From Balanoglossus misakiensis (lineage: Eukaryota > Animalia > Hemichordata), in assembly GCA_040954595.2 (NCBI GenBank), contig CM082578.2:11353166-11417165 (forward strand): a stretch of DNA of 64,000 nucleotides, read 5' to 3'. The first letter of the stretch is position 1. Each line of letters begins with the position of its first letter. Shown here piece by piece: positions 25,154-43,540 of the stretch. Made by a program: the position numbers and the translations under genes. Under the pieces are notes generated by a model. It was given only the letters and a program-made list of their open reading frames with translations, was not told where the DNA came from and ran no database searches.

Positions 25154-27835
25154 ATGTTTGCACGTATCATGGCTTTGAATAAATCATGGAAGAGTGCGGT
25201 GGCGCTGCTTATTTTCTGTGCGACAGTCTGTGGAACGAGCGGCTGTCCCGCTGTCTGCTCCTGCAGTGTGAACAACAATGTCGACTGCGGCTATAAATCT
25301 TTGAGCGACATACCGTCGGGAATTCCGGCCGATGCTGTGTTCTTGCATCTCCACCACAACGAAATAACCGCGGTTCCGTCGCGAGCGTTCATTTCTCTGT
25401 CAAAGCTGAAGATGCTGCATCTGAGCAGCAACGCGATTTCGTCCATCTCATCCGGGGCCTTCCTCGGACTGAACAACCTGGAGAAATTATACCTCCACTA
25501 CAACAGCATCGCGACGTTGCCGGCCGGCGTCTTCGACGGCTTGCATAATCTGCAATATTTATACCTCTATGAAAATAAAATATCGGGGCTACCAGAGGAC
25601 ATCTTCGGCGCTTTGAACGGGTTGGAGTTTTTAAACTTGGGGCGCAATCTGCTGACGGCGATACCGACGGGCCTTCCAGAAGACCTGGCGTCCCTGAAGC
25701 TGGACCACAACGATATAATGTCGGTTCCCCCGCGAGCTTTCACTGCTTTGTCGCGGCTGGAGACGTTGTACCTGAACAACAATGCGATTTCGTCAATTTC
25801 TTCCGAAGCGTTCCTGGGACTAAACAGCTTAGAGAGATTACACCTCCACTACAACAACATCACAACACTACCGAACGGTGTATTCAACGGATTGAACAAC
25901 CTGCAATTTTTATATCTGCACAACAACATGATATCCAGGCTGCCAGAGAATGTGTTCAGTCCTTTGGGCAGGTTGAGTTCCCTAAGGCTGGAACACAATC
26001 TGCTGGCGGATTTGCCGGCTTTGAATAATGGGAATTTGACGTATTTGCAGTTGGAGGACAACCAAATATCTCACATCCACGGAAGTGTTGGCGATCTGCC
26101 TGAACTTACACAGTTGTATTTAAATGGCAATTGCATTCGCGCTCTCCTCAACGGCACGTTCGACAAACTGGCGAAGCTGCGGGGCCTCTATCTTCAACAG
26201 AACTGCATACGGGACATCCACCTTTCGGCATTTCGAGGACTGGCTATCAACCTACGGTTTCTGTGGCTCGGCAACAACAGTCTGACGACGATTCCGGCCG
26301 CCGTCTTTCGGGACACCGCCAATCTCGATTCGCTGTACCTCCAAAACAATGCCCTGGTGTCGCTTTCTCCGAACCAGTTCGGTCATTTGCATCGCCTGCG
26401 ATTGCTGAGCCTCGACAACAACGGTCTGCGCCAACCTCCCAACATCAGCCCTCTGGGTCAGCTGTGGACACTGTCGCTCTCACGAAACAACATCGATAGC
26501 GTCCCAGGCAGCTATTTTAATTCAACCCCGATGCTTGGGAGCCTGGATCTCAGTTTCAATAACCTTCTCCACCCACCGGACATTGACGCCCTCGATCGCC
26601 TGTACGAATTATCACTGTCTCATAACCACATTGACAGTTTCCCTGGCAACTACTTCAGCGCTAGTGGGGCGAACGTCATGAAGCTGGATCTCGGTTACAA
26701 CAAGCTCAGAACGATTCCAAGATTTGAATCCGGTTTCAAGTACGACAGTCACGCCAAGTCCGGTCGGATGAAGAGAGATACGCCCGCTTTCACAGAGATC
26801 GTACTGAGCGGGAATCCCATTGGCGCAATCGGCCCGCACGCGTTCAGCTGGGTATCTGCCCGCACAGAATACCCTCCGGGCGACGCGTTGTTATTACATC
26901 TTTCAGAAATGGGTCTTGAGTATCTTGATGACGCGGCTTTCGCGGGTTTAGGTGCATTCATTTGGGTAAACATTTACCTCCAAAGAAACCGGCTTTATAC
27001 GTTACAAGAATCGGTCATTTCTGATATGTTTTCTAACGCGACTCGGTATCCCTATACTGTACACCTAGGGCTCGGCGACAATCCGTGGGTATGTGACTGC
27101 CGCCTCAAAGCACTGCGGCGGTGGGTAGAGGAAATCAAACTGTTGCCGTATAATGTTGACTTTGACGAATTTATTTGCCAAACGCCAAAGCAGTACGCCG
27201 ATGTTGACTTCATGTACTTGTCAGTTGAAAATCTAACGTGCAGCGCGGAATTTCCCGAGTATTTTGAGAACGTGTTTTATACTGATGCTGTACAAGGTGA
27301 TACGGTAGAACTGGAATGTAACGTTACCGGAATGCCAGGATCAGTCGTGTACTGGATAAAACCGAACGGTGAGAGAATTAACGCAAGTGTCGCTACCAAC
27401 ACCACAGCACTGCCCGAAGATCCGATACTCACCGACCAAGGTAGCCTGGTGATAATGTCGGCGCAAACGAAACACTCTGGAACGTACGCCTGCGTCCGCG
27501 TTGCTTCGAATGTGAAAGACACCGCAGTTTCGGTGACGGTCTTATACGTCATTGCGCACACCCGCACTGATAGCAACGCCATCACCGGCAGGAGATACGA
27601 CAAAGCATTTGCAGGAATAGTGACTGGGGCCTTCCTCGGCGGTGCAGTGTTCTGCGCGGGTTTGGTGGCGATAATCGTGATTGTTGCCGCGAGAATGAAA
27701 CGCGGCGGCGAGAACAGGCCCGACAATCAACCAAAGGTGGAGATCAGACTCAGAGACTTGAAAGAACTCTCTGTGGAAGGAGACGACAGCCGAGATACAG
27801 GGGACAGTAGAATTGAGTTTCAGGTCAGCCAATAA
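25154..27835 (+). CDS. Leucine-rich-repeat + Ig-domain single-pass membrane protein (LRR-Ig-TM class), 893 aa, single coding exon
   Basis: Signal peptide, LRRNT (CPAVCSC...VDC), about 20 LxxLxLxxN repeats, LRRCT (NPWVCDCRL...C), Ig domain (VELEC...VYW...SGTYAC), TM (FAGIVTGAFLGGAVFCAGLVAIIVIV) and a short tail. Splice acceptor at 25125; probable 5'UTR exon ending at the donor near 24661. Confidence 0.93.
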   Translation: MFARIMALNKSWKSAVALLIFCATVCGTSGCPAVCSCSVNNNVDCGYKSLSDIPSGIPADAVFLHLHHNEITAVPSRAFISLSKLKMLHLSSNAISSISSGAFLGLNNLEKLYLHYNSIATLPAGVFDGLHNLQYLYLYENKISGLPEDIFGALNGLEFLNLGRNLLTAIPTGLPEDLASLKLDHNDIMSVPPRAFTALSRLETLYLNNNAISSISSEAFLGLNSLERLHLHYNNITTLPNGVFNGLNNLQFLYLHNNMISRLPENVFSPLGRLSSLRLEHNLLADLPALNNGNLTYLQLEDNQISHIHGSVGDLPELTQLYLNGNCIRALLNGTFDKLAKLRGLYLQQNCIRDIHLSAFRGLAINLRFLWLGNNSLTTIPAAVFRDTANLDSLYLQNNALVSLSPNQFGHLHRLRLLSLDNNGLRQPPNISPLGQLWTLSLSRNNIDSVPGSYFNSTPMLGSLDLSFNNLLHPPDIDALDRLYELSLSHNHIDSFPGNYFSASGANVMKLDLGYNKLRTIPRFESGFKYDSHAKSGRMKRDTPAFTEIVLSGNPIGAIGPHAFSWVSARTEYPPGDALLLHLSEMGLEYLDDAAFAGLGAFIWVNIYLQRNRLYTLQESVISDMFSNATRYPYTVHLGLGDNPWVCDCRLKALRRWVEEIKLLPYNVDFDEFICQTPKQYADVDFMYLSVENLTCSAEFPEYFENVFYTDAVQGDTVELECNVTGMPGSVVYWIKPNGERINASVATNTTALPEDPILTDQGSLVIMSAQTKHSGTYACVRVASNVKDTAVSVTVLYVIAHTRTDSNAITGRRYDKAFAGIVTGAFLGGAVFCAGLVAIIVIVAARMKRGGENRPDNQPKVEIRLRDLKELSVEGDDSRDTGDSRIEFQVSQ

Positions 27836-28660
27836 TCACTATACTGGGGTGCCTTGTAAAAAGAGATTACAGTATAGGGTTATTTGGAGTTATTCAGCCA
27901 CATACATGAGTATGCATTTGTGTAGACGTTCCACTTCTATCTCAGTATGAAGATGACCCATGGACCTTCTCCATATACACCCGAAATACCGTAAACTGCA
28001 AAGTTTGTGACTGAAATGACGTATTACTGTCACTTGATTTCCATGAAACAGGAAAACAAATCTGTGAAAAGTCCCGTATTGAGGTTTTGAAACCAGAGCA
28101 CACTGCAGTGACCAGTATAATACATGAATAAATGTTTCAATAAATGATGATATCATAACAAACAATAAGCGATTATTCCGAGTAAAAAGTAAACAATCTT
28201 CGGGGTATAAAACATAAATACCCGGGGTTACAGAAACGAAAAAAACGTGAACAAAATTGCAAAATCACATCATATGACCCTATAATTAGTGTTCTGTTAC
28301 GTGAAACGCGCAACAACTGTTTCATTTGGCCCTATATTCAGTTGATGTACAATTCATGCATAGATAAAGATGTAATGAAACATTCAAGAAAACGTACTAC
28401 AATTTCATCTTTCAAGATTAAGTTGAGATTATTGTGAATCTGTTTAGTTCGCTGTCTACAAGAACAGGCGAGTACGAAAATGCAGAGGACACTCATTAGA
28501 CCCCCACCCCCTTTGAACGCCGCATATGCAGAAACCTCCGTCATATGATTCCAAAACAATATCAAAAGAAAAACGAACGACTTGTCTGTAAATTATAGTG
28601 TACTATGGACAATGGTTAACTACCTTCGGGTCCGATGTGCTGCGGCAAACCAACATTGGA

Positions 28661-30860
28661 CTACCTGTAGTATTTTCGCTTGCTACAGAGAACCTTTGCG
28701 AGGGCTATAGCGACAAGGGAGCAGACGAAAATCGCAACGGCTACGGAACAGGTGATTACTACCGGAAGGAGGATGGACGCCTTGTCGTCGTCTGAAACCA
28801 CTTCATTTGGGGCTGATGTGGACGTAATTGCAGTTGGGGGTGGTGTGGAGGGGATTGCATCCGGATAATCGTATACTATGGCAACTGAGATGATGTTCGA
28901 CGGCAGTCCTTCGTTAGCGTTTTCGTCTCGGGCTCTCACCGAAAAGAAATAAGTGACGTTCTGATCACTTTCTAGCATTTGCACAGCATAGATCTCGTCC
29001 TCGCCGAACGCCTTCGGGGTTGTCAAATTTCCATCTACGATGTCCTGGTTTGTCAATTCGTCGGCCTCTGTGAAGTTCTGGGATATGGAACTGAAATTCT
29101 TGCTGAACCGAAGCTCGTATTCATCGGCTATAAATCAAAATATTCGTTACTAGCTCTTAATACTGATAATTACTCGATATGTTTTATATTGTTTGATAAA
29201 TCGTTCGCAATGGTCGTAGAATAAATTAATACACGCAACACTGATATTAAAGTGTCATACCTGTGCCTCGGTCAAGGTCATTTCCAGGTGCTGTCCACGC
29301 CAAGGTGATCGTCTGGTTGCCATATGACGTGTCAACCACTCTCAGGTCGGTGATCCGAGATGGTGGGAAATTGTCGCCAGGCGGTATCGTCACTGGTGCC
29401 TGAATGACGCCACCAGATGCCACTCTGGTAAACTGACCAACGTGCTCGGTCTGATTGGTTGTCTCGTCAACGGGATCAGCTGAGAAAGTCCAGAAATAAC
29501 AAAAAAGGTTCAATGATTGCGAGGAAGGGCAACTGACGACTGAAGCATAATCGTCTCCAGTATCACAGAGTAACTGAAAAAGAGGAAAGGCTTACGTGGA
29601 CTGATGGGTAAGGCTCTGCTGCTGGAGAAAGAACCGGCGGGAACTTCGGCGACGCCATCTTTGTCTTCCGCGGTTACTTTGATGTTGTAACGACAGTTGG
29701 GACACGTCGCCGTCACAAAGTCCAGGAAGATTCCGGAATACACACCGTCGCCTTTGGTGACGTCAGCGCCTGCAGATTGATAAACAAAGGGAAACATCTA
29801 GCGTAGGCGGTCAAGAGCTTCGCGGGACACTGCACCATGAAGTTACATCAAAAACACCACAAAGAGGGCGGCAAAACGACCAGACGTTGAAAAATAGGGT
29901 GGTTCACCTGCTCCATTGTCGAGAAGTCTAACATTTATCGGGTCGTGCGGGCTTGGTCGTTCAACCGTGGCTGTGACCGTGACCTTCAATATAGGGGTGT
30001 AACCCCGGAACACCTGTGCGTATATGTTGGTCTTTGCTGGAGTTTCGGTGATCAGAGAGGCGCTAGTCGATGTCGTGACGCGTATCGGCTGCGTGTTCTC
30101 CCTAGCAACGGACTGTATGGAGATTTCCACCTGATCGCCACCACTCACTTTATATATCCATTCACCGGGCTGCACAGTGAACGACACGGCAACATAAGTG
30201 TGTGTTAGCCATCTCCGTAGTATCAGAAAAAGGGCCCCGTATTCCTGTCTATAGTGACTTTCAAGATTTGTCAAGTTAATTTGCTGAAAACTGTCATCTG
30301 CCCCAAGTCTGTATACATACTCTGATCAAACAGTGTTTTCATTCACCTGTTGCAAATCGTTAACTTTTAAACCAACATATTCATAATTTACATTTTGTGC
30401 TGTTTCATCACTTGTTTGCTACTTTAGACTTGTCAAATCGAACTTTATTACGTTCTTCATCTTACCTCCGCGATGCCGGAGATTTTAATGACCACTGTTT
30501 TCTTGGCAACGTCATCCGTGTACTCCGGGCACGTGTCATTTATGACGCTCCCATTCGGTCTGTACACGACCACAGACACATGAGAAGTTGACCAAAAGAA
30601 GAACATCTGCGTGTCTTTGCCGATGGTGGCGTCGATGAACACAGAGCTTGTCAATTCACCATAGGGTGGTATGGTCTTCTTTGCACTGTGTAGCTATGTG
30701 GAAGAAAATAGTATACACATATTGACTGCTCATGAAGGCTGCCTACCTGTAGGAATGCTAGACACATAATTCATCGTCACTGAATCCTACTTTGGGAACC
30801 ACCGTCAGATTTGCTACCGTTTGTTGCTATAGTTCGTTTTGTTGTTAGATAGGTCGATCG

Positions 30861-30895
<35 letters not shown>

Positions 30896-33800
30896 TGTCG
30901 GTCGATCGATCGATCGATCGATCGATCGATCGATCGATCAATCAATCAATCAACCAAAAAACAACCAAACAAGCAAGCAAACAAACAAACGAACAAAAAT
31001 GCCTTGGGATTTTAACATGTTGAATACCTTACCACCCTTGTTGAATTTATTACCAGCAGATTGTATAGGATGGGCTACATATACCTATACTCCCCCATAA
31101 ATTAATCTTCGAAAAGGGCGATATTGAGACCATGAAATTATTCACTCACTTCAAGGGGTACTTCTGAACTCCCCGAGAGCCTTGAAGTAACGGTTGCCGT
31201 CAGTGCATTAGAGAGTCCCGTATCGTTTACGCCTTCATTGTAAAGAAAATCCTGACCACCAGTGTCTAACGACAGGCTTTGCAGTTTCTCGTCCGCATAA
31301 TTGCCGAAGGCGATGGTGTCCACTCTCACTCTCTTCCTTATTAATGTCGGTTTGACGTCGTTGATGTAAGGATTAACGTTCTCTCCGCCATCGGTGATCA
31401 AAAGAATGATGCCTCCGCTGGCATTTCGTCCTCCGTCCTCAAGTGCCTTTAAAGGTTTTTAAGAAAAACACTCATTAAAAGACTAAATATGGTTGACTAG
31501 GCAGAAACAGAGTACGTACGTACATAAATACCTACATACCTACATACATACATACATACATAGCAAGATATGAAACAACTTTTATATTGCCAGGAATAGT
31601 AGTTTTATGTCCTAAATAGACATCGTTACCTGTATACCAGTTTGCAATCCGCATCCGATGCACGTTGTCCCCAGAGTCGTTGTGGGGAGTACGTATGCCA
31701 GGCTGTCACGATCTTGCGTCGTCTGTAGCTCCGTCAGATTTGCTGTTATTGTTGCACTGGTGTGGAATTCGACAATGCTAACGAAATGACCATCCGGGAC
31801 AGTTGACCGTATATATTTGGTTGCTACTTGGTTCAGAGTGGAGATGCGATTGTTCTGATTTAAGTTGAAAAGGTAAATTTGACGTGCAGTCGATTTACAA
31901 GTTTGTACTGAGTGCATGGGATAATTAATCTTGAATAATGTTTCGGTGTCTTCTTTTGTGTATAAAATACAATGCCCCTTTCAAATCCCCCATATATGCT
32001 TGGAAACCTACAAAGTATCTGTCTGTCGATCAACTTTATTCAGCAAGCATTACTATCATATCATAGAAGTTTGCAAGAAAGCGTGTAATTATCGCGTACT
32101 TAGCGGCTGCCGGGCGGGTTAAACTTACCGAACTCATGCTGCCGGAGATATCTAATACCAACACGATTCTCAGTGGAGATGATTTTACGATACGGAAGGT
32201 TGGCGTCGTGTCGACCACTTCTCGGGACGGGTTGTTGTTATTCCTGAAATCTTGTGACTCCAGCATCACATCCCAGGCGCTTCTGTACGAACACTGTATG
32301 TTCTGTTGATTCGGGGCCATGGGGTTGTGAAGGGACTTCTTATCGCCGTTCGGGTCACTGTGACAGAACTCAACCACCTGAAGAACGAGAGAATCATGAA
32401 AAATCGTACCTGGTGACCACCGGTATATAAGGAGCAAGATCACCAATAAACATGCTGTGTTGCTCAAACATCATGACACATTTTGAATGATGTAAACATA
32501 AAGAGTTTGCGTTTTGGAGGAGTACGAAGTTTGGCGTTTGCTTCCCCAAGTATTAGACACTGCCTCAGTGGTTTTTAACCATCGATCATTAATGTTTTCA
32601 ACCAAGTTTTACTGCCATAAACTCCGTTTATAAAAGAAATGTTAGACCAGGTAATGCGGAGCATGCATGTGCATTGTAAAAAAATCAACATACACAAGGT
32701 TCAGAAAGTAAGGTGATAAAGAACTAAACTGCTCGCTTGCTTGCTTACTGACTTGCTTGAGAACGAGCGAGCAAGGGGCAAGCCCAAATGCACGTGAGTT
32801 GATTTTGACAGATTGTCGAAAACGAAATCTCTGTAATTCTGATATTTTCACCTACCGATTCTAAGAAACTCATGAACATGTATGATCCTGTCGCCTGCTG
32901 AATGTTCGGTATGGGCTTGAATCGGCAGTCTTTATCTGGAAGATTGCCTTTCGCTGGGTATAGATTACAACGGTTGTCTAGGAAGTCGTACTCTTTTCCA
33001 ATTACATACTCGGAACATCTTGTAGGCTCGACGTGTCCCTTCTCGTTCAGGTAAAAATATTCCCCGTCCTTCGTGCCGTATTCGTCGAATAAACCCCATC
33101 GGAGATGACCCCATTCGTGTACAATCACTTTTTCTGGGTATGCGAGAAGTGAAAAGTGCGTCAAAAATATATCCCACCGAATGAACTGAACAAACCCAGT
33201 GGAAATCCCTAGAGGGTTGTGTGTTCAACACTTGCCATGATTTTTAATTTATTCAGAATGTATACATGTATCTACTGACTTTGGAATATATCACGGAAAC
33301 CAATATTGACATTCGTGAAACATTTACAGAAACGTACTTGGATCACCATAGGTATCGAGCGTCCATTGGTTGTCTACTATAAATTTGTCGGTCAAATGGA
33401 TATACTCTGCTTCTTCCCCACAAGATCCGAACTGACTGGTGTACGGCGTTTCTCTACCAACATTCTCGTGGTTGGTGACTATGACGTTGGCGGCGTCATA
33501 CACCTCTCCGGTGGCTGAGATATTCGAGATGGCGTTGCTCCATGTCTTTGGCAGTAAGATGGTGATTTCCTCGAAGAACGTTCGACTATGAGTCGAAGTG
33601 TAAAGCGCTTCTGAGGCTTCTGTGAAGATTTCCTAATAAAACAGTGTCACCGATGGTTAAAATGGTCACCCTTGCTTAACCCGGCGTCTGGGGTCCAATG
33701 CTCAAATTATGCGCGAAATGCGTAAAATTGGCAAAAAGTCCACATTCGAAGACAACTTATCTGTATGTTCTGCGTGAAATTAGATGCTGGTAGTTGAATG

Positions 33801-35824
33801 GTACAGGGTTACACATTCTTCTCTGTTGAGAGAGGGTCACAGTCCGCGCGCACGGTCTGACAGGTTTTCTACAGCCATGCGCAGAACATTAGAACACGTC
33901 CAGTATCCTCCCCCAGACCATTTCATGGCATAAGTACCAGTCAGTGCCGATGCAAACCGAACACTGGTCTTTGGAAATTGTAGCTCGCCGCGATTCACAT
34001 AAAGTGGCCTTTGACTTGTCTTTATTTCGTACAAGGTGTGCATATTTGTATAAATTTTTAAGGGCAAATGATCACCACGGGATACTATAAATCAGAACGT
34101 CGTTTACAAAGCTGGAGTCGTACTTTTTTATCATTGCACAAGACGGATGAACGCAGTGATATAGTTGTTATTAATCCGTGTTTGCTGAAATGCGGTTAAA
34201 TACGTGTTTGTCCGTCTTGTTCCACACTTCAAATTCTACAGCCTGTAGGCGTACTAAAACTGACAGCCACCGTCTATATATCATTCTATTTTAGCAACAG
34301 GAAACAATAAGCTGTAGATACATGTATGTGTTGCGTTGACTGGAACGCGGAAATGATGTCGACAATATTTCACCTTGAACGGAGATAATCATATATTGTT
34401 ACACTGAGTAGTACTGGGTGAACAAGGGGCGTTTTCAGTCGGATTCTAAACCCGATATGATATGCATATGTGTATCGAAAATATGTGCTCGACGGCACCA
34501 CCGCCAAGCGACTAGCTGTTAAATCGTCGACCATTGACATCTAAAAAAATAAAATACTGACGACGTTTGCTTCCAAAGGAACGGGTTACGTAGACGGTTA
34601 TTTAATACTCGCTGTTTGTCCTGATTGAAAGACTTTGGCGCCCAAATCAGAAAATTTCGAAAAATAAACTAGGCCAAGCAACAGGGTCTGCATATGGCGC
34701 AAATGACATATACGCAATATTATAGTATAATTAATAACCCCTAAGAATTAGGGTCTTCACTGGCATTTAGGTACCTCTTTCACAAGCGTGTGTTAAAGTA
34801 CGTGTTTGTGAAAGGTGTTATTTGACCCTCAACTGATAACCCCTGTAAATCAGATCGCTAACATACTATGAACTAACTATTGCCCGGCAAATAAAGGGTT
34901 GGCATCATACGCTTTTTTAGTTCCTTCTCTCGTCATTCAGTGACGTCAATATTTGAAAACACAGAAAATTAAAATTACTCCCGCTTTGTAAAATATCTTA
35001 AGCCCGCCGTGTGTAAGGTCCCTCTGACCATTATTCGTCCGTTCAAATATATTGTGCGCATGGTGCGAAATTAAGCACGCATCCTATGCATGTGTTTCCG
35101 GAGGAACTTTGAATCACGGCGACCCACAAAAAATCTCTCTTCAAGAACGTGCTCCATTATAGAAAATCAGTCAGAAATTACGTAGCCGTACTTTGGTTAC
35201 TTTAGAAAACCGTCTCTTAGCACACTCAGGTGGTATTAATTTTGTTTTCGTCCGAGTACGCTGAGATCGAATAACGTCTTGCGTAGACTGTTTTACCAGG
35301 ATAAACAACTCAGTGTCTTTGCCAATTTTTCGCGGTCACGCTAAATTTGATTGGGGAATGGCGGATAACGGTATGATGCAAAATTTGGACCCATTTAATG
35401 TTATGGGTAGTATAGGTAATTGCGTTTAAAATATCTTGGATAATTTCGCGTGATTACGTAGAAGTTGGTCAATTATTTATGTGGGGCGAACTGCGAATCA
35501 GCGAGAGAAGTTAATCGTTAGAAATATTGCAGACGATTTCGAAATATTTATTTTAATTCAAATGTTTTTGGAAAGATTTAGTTGATTGTAAGTATTATTT
35601 TTATTTCTGGTCATTTCTTTCGATTTGTTAGCGCTACGTTTCCTCAAAGATGGCCAACACCTTACCTGTAGTCTTTCGACCAGTGCAGGGCTTTCTGCGA
35701 CGTCTTCGTTGATTGCTATCAGAATTCCTCTGTACCCGTTGTTTTCCAGGGATATCTTTGATCGAGGGAGCAACCCACAAGAGACACACGAAAGAAGCAG
35801 CAACATGCACGTGAAACGAAACAT
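28661..35824 (-). CDS. CLCA: Calcium-activated chloride channel regulator (CLCA family; zinc metalloprotease + VWA + FnIII + C-terminal TM)
   Basis: Exons 35824-35666, 33632-33338, 33133-32856, 32377-32129, 31854-31630, 31446-31150, 30693-30466, 30169-29908, 29769-29596, 29479-29261, 29127-28661. Motifs: signal peptide then ISLENNGYRGILIAI, HEWGHLRWGLFDEY, VVEFC...HN..APNQQN..C..RSAWDV, VWA MIDAS DISGS, LLDNGAGADVTKGDGVYS, FPPSRITDL...LAWTAPG, C-terminal hydrophobic TM. Confidence 0.95.
30854..30990. repeat. Compound microsatellite (ATCA)n/(ATCG)n/(AAAC)n in a CLCA intron
   Basis: Visible tandem tetranucleotide repeats, including about 9 units of self-complementary GATC at 30902-30939. Confidence 0.9.
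31516..31561. repeat. (TACA)n microsatellite
   Basis: Visible tandem repeat in a CLCA intron. Confidence 0.8.
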
Positions 35825-36595
35825 GCTTCGTATCGGGTGAGCAGCGGAGAAATCTGCGAACTTTCTCGACGCAGTGGCGTAGCAGTATGAAAAGGTTGTA
35901 CAGTGATGTTTCCAATTTGTGTAAGGTGGTTGCAGGGGGTGTCACTCCAATGCGCAAACATTCAGCGTTATGATGGCTAATTGTTGGATTCGTGTCTGTA
36001 TTAATTTACAATGCGTACTACCGCCTGAAGTACCAATATTTTGTGACACTGCACCTGGCTTTCAAAAAGCCCATTTCTTTCTTTAAAAGGAACAGATGCA
36101 ATGTACAGACAGCCTTATGTTTCCCACTAAACAGTAGTTCCGTGCACAGACCCAATGGGTATTGTTTATTTCCGTATAGAAGAGCACGTCAAGTGATATG
36201 GGTCTTTGAAGTATCAGTCGCATAGCCGGGATTTTCGAACCCCAATGACTGTGACGACCCCCCCCCCCCCCCTGGACGGCAAGCTCCTTCAGATTTTCAG
36301 TTTCTCTAAAATAAAGTTGTAATTTACTATCCCGAATATTTCCAGCTTCCTGGTTTGTAATATAGGAAATTTGTGTAGTTTGACCTATTTCACTCGATAT
36401 CGTCTCCCGACTCCGACAGGATCCACGCTATGATTGAACTCACGCTGTTTTTTTTTAAAAAAAGTAAATGCCTACTCAGTTTTGCGTTGTGTCAGCTACC
36501 AAACCGAACTGACACACTCAAGTGGTTTTCAAGAGGTTCGTATTATCCTGTTATCACTATATTGCACTGTCCGGGGCTTCACTTCATCATTTTTT

Positions 36596-42085
<5,490 letters not shown>

Positions 42086-43120
42086 AACTCCGAGACTTAA
42101 TGCGCCGACGCGACTGTTCATATGTTTAAAAAACGAGATCTCCTGCTTACACAAAGCATTCACGCTTTTGTCGTTCTGGACAAAAGAAAGTCGAGAATGC
42201 AACCTGCCCAATGAATGCGTTCCTTTTAGTCGCCATGGTAGCCACCGCCGGTGCCCACTGTCGGAAGGTGGAGACAGTTACGGATGGAGACGAGCAAGCA
42301 ATCGACGTTGACTATGACGTCATATTCTGGTTTGCAATGCTAATGCAACCCGCAGAGTAATTATTTTCGAAAGACTGTAGCAATGCAGGGCCCCTCCCAA
42401 GCACGAGCTAATAGCGGAAAGGCTTGTCGCGACTGAGCAACAAGTGAATGTAAAAAAAGTTTGGTTTTCGTGTATTGTTGAAGAAAACAGTTTCTTTTTA
42501 TTATGCAACCGAACAAGAGAATGCTCTTCAAGTATATTAATCATCGATTTGTTTGGACCGTCATTCAGCAATCATACTTTATACCAAAAGTTGTTTAAGT
42601 TATTAATATTTGGTCCGTATCCACCGACTCCACAGAAGGTGGGCTGTTAGCATACAGACCGGGATACGAACGCCACATATTGATCAGTCATATTCTTTAC
42701 ACAAGCTTGATGTTTGATCAAGTTAACAATAATTACATAACCGTAATAGGGAACGTTCCTTTTCAAACCATTCAGTACGATTACCTTACTTTAATAGATG
42801 TTGACATCTACTTCTGGGTGTTTGACATAACGTCATATTCATTCGGCTGGTGACGTGTCAAATTGTATTTTTTTTCATTTCTCGTCGTAAGCGGCGTGAG
42901 AAACATTGGTCACGTGATTACTAGTCAGTGTTCACCTGTTTGCCCTTCCTGCTGATCGGTCGATCTCACGAGCAAATTGTTAGCTTTTGATTGCGTCATA
43001 TTTGTCTGTCTAAACGCAGACTCGACACGCGATAGACAATGCAGTTCAAATTTCGGATATGATTACTATAATGCCAAATTTAAAAGTCGGATTTAAATTT
43101 TTAATATTTCTGTTTACATC

Positions 43121-43540
43121 CCGGTGTTGTGCCGAATTCGGCCCCATGCCGAATACGTCCCCGCGCATGCCTTGACAAACAAACCATGGCTTCTAAGGGA
43201 TAAGATCGGCAGGTAAAGCTGCTGATTTCAGCCCCGTTGCCGATTAAGACCCCAACTAAAGTCATGTTAACTGTTGAAAGCTAAAAGTGATGGTTTCGGC
43301 CTAAATGGGTGAATATCTGCCCATGGCCCTGATTTGTTGGTGGGATGAAATTAAATCCTTGCGGTAATGCAATGTCCAAGTTTACAGTGCAGTACAATGT
43401 ACATTCATGCACAGCCTTACATGCACGTTGGATGGCAAATCTTTCACACAAGAAAATGCAATATTTCAGACACATGTTACTGATGACCCGAGCATGCGCG
43501 GGACGTAATCGGCACGGGGCCGAATTCGGCACAACACCGG
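43121..43540. mobile_element. MITE / non-autonomous DNA transposon, 420 bp, about 50-bp terminal inverted repeats
   Basis: 43121-43170 ccggtgttgtgccgaattcggccccatgccgaatacgtccccgcgcatgc is the reverse complement of 43492-43540 with 2 mismatches and 1 indel. No coding capacity; TSD not clear. Confidence 0.8.

Noticed and set aside
42147-42236. 29-aa uORF with strong Kozak context upstream of TRPC
   Set aside because: A good splice acceptor near 42175 suggests this ATG is intronic; cannot be supported without transcripts.
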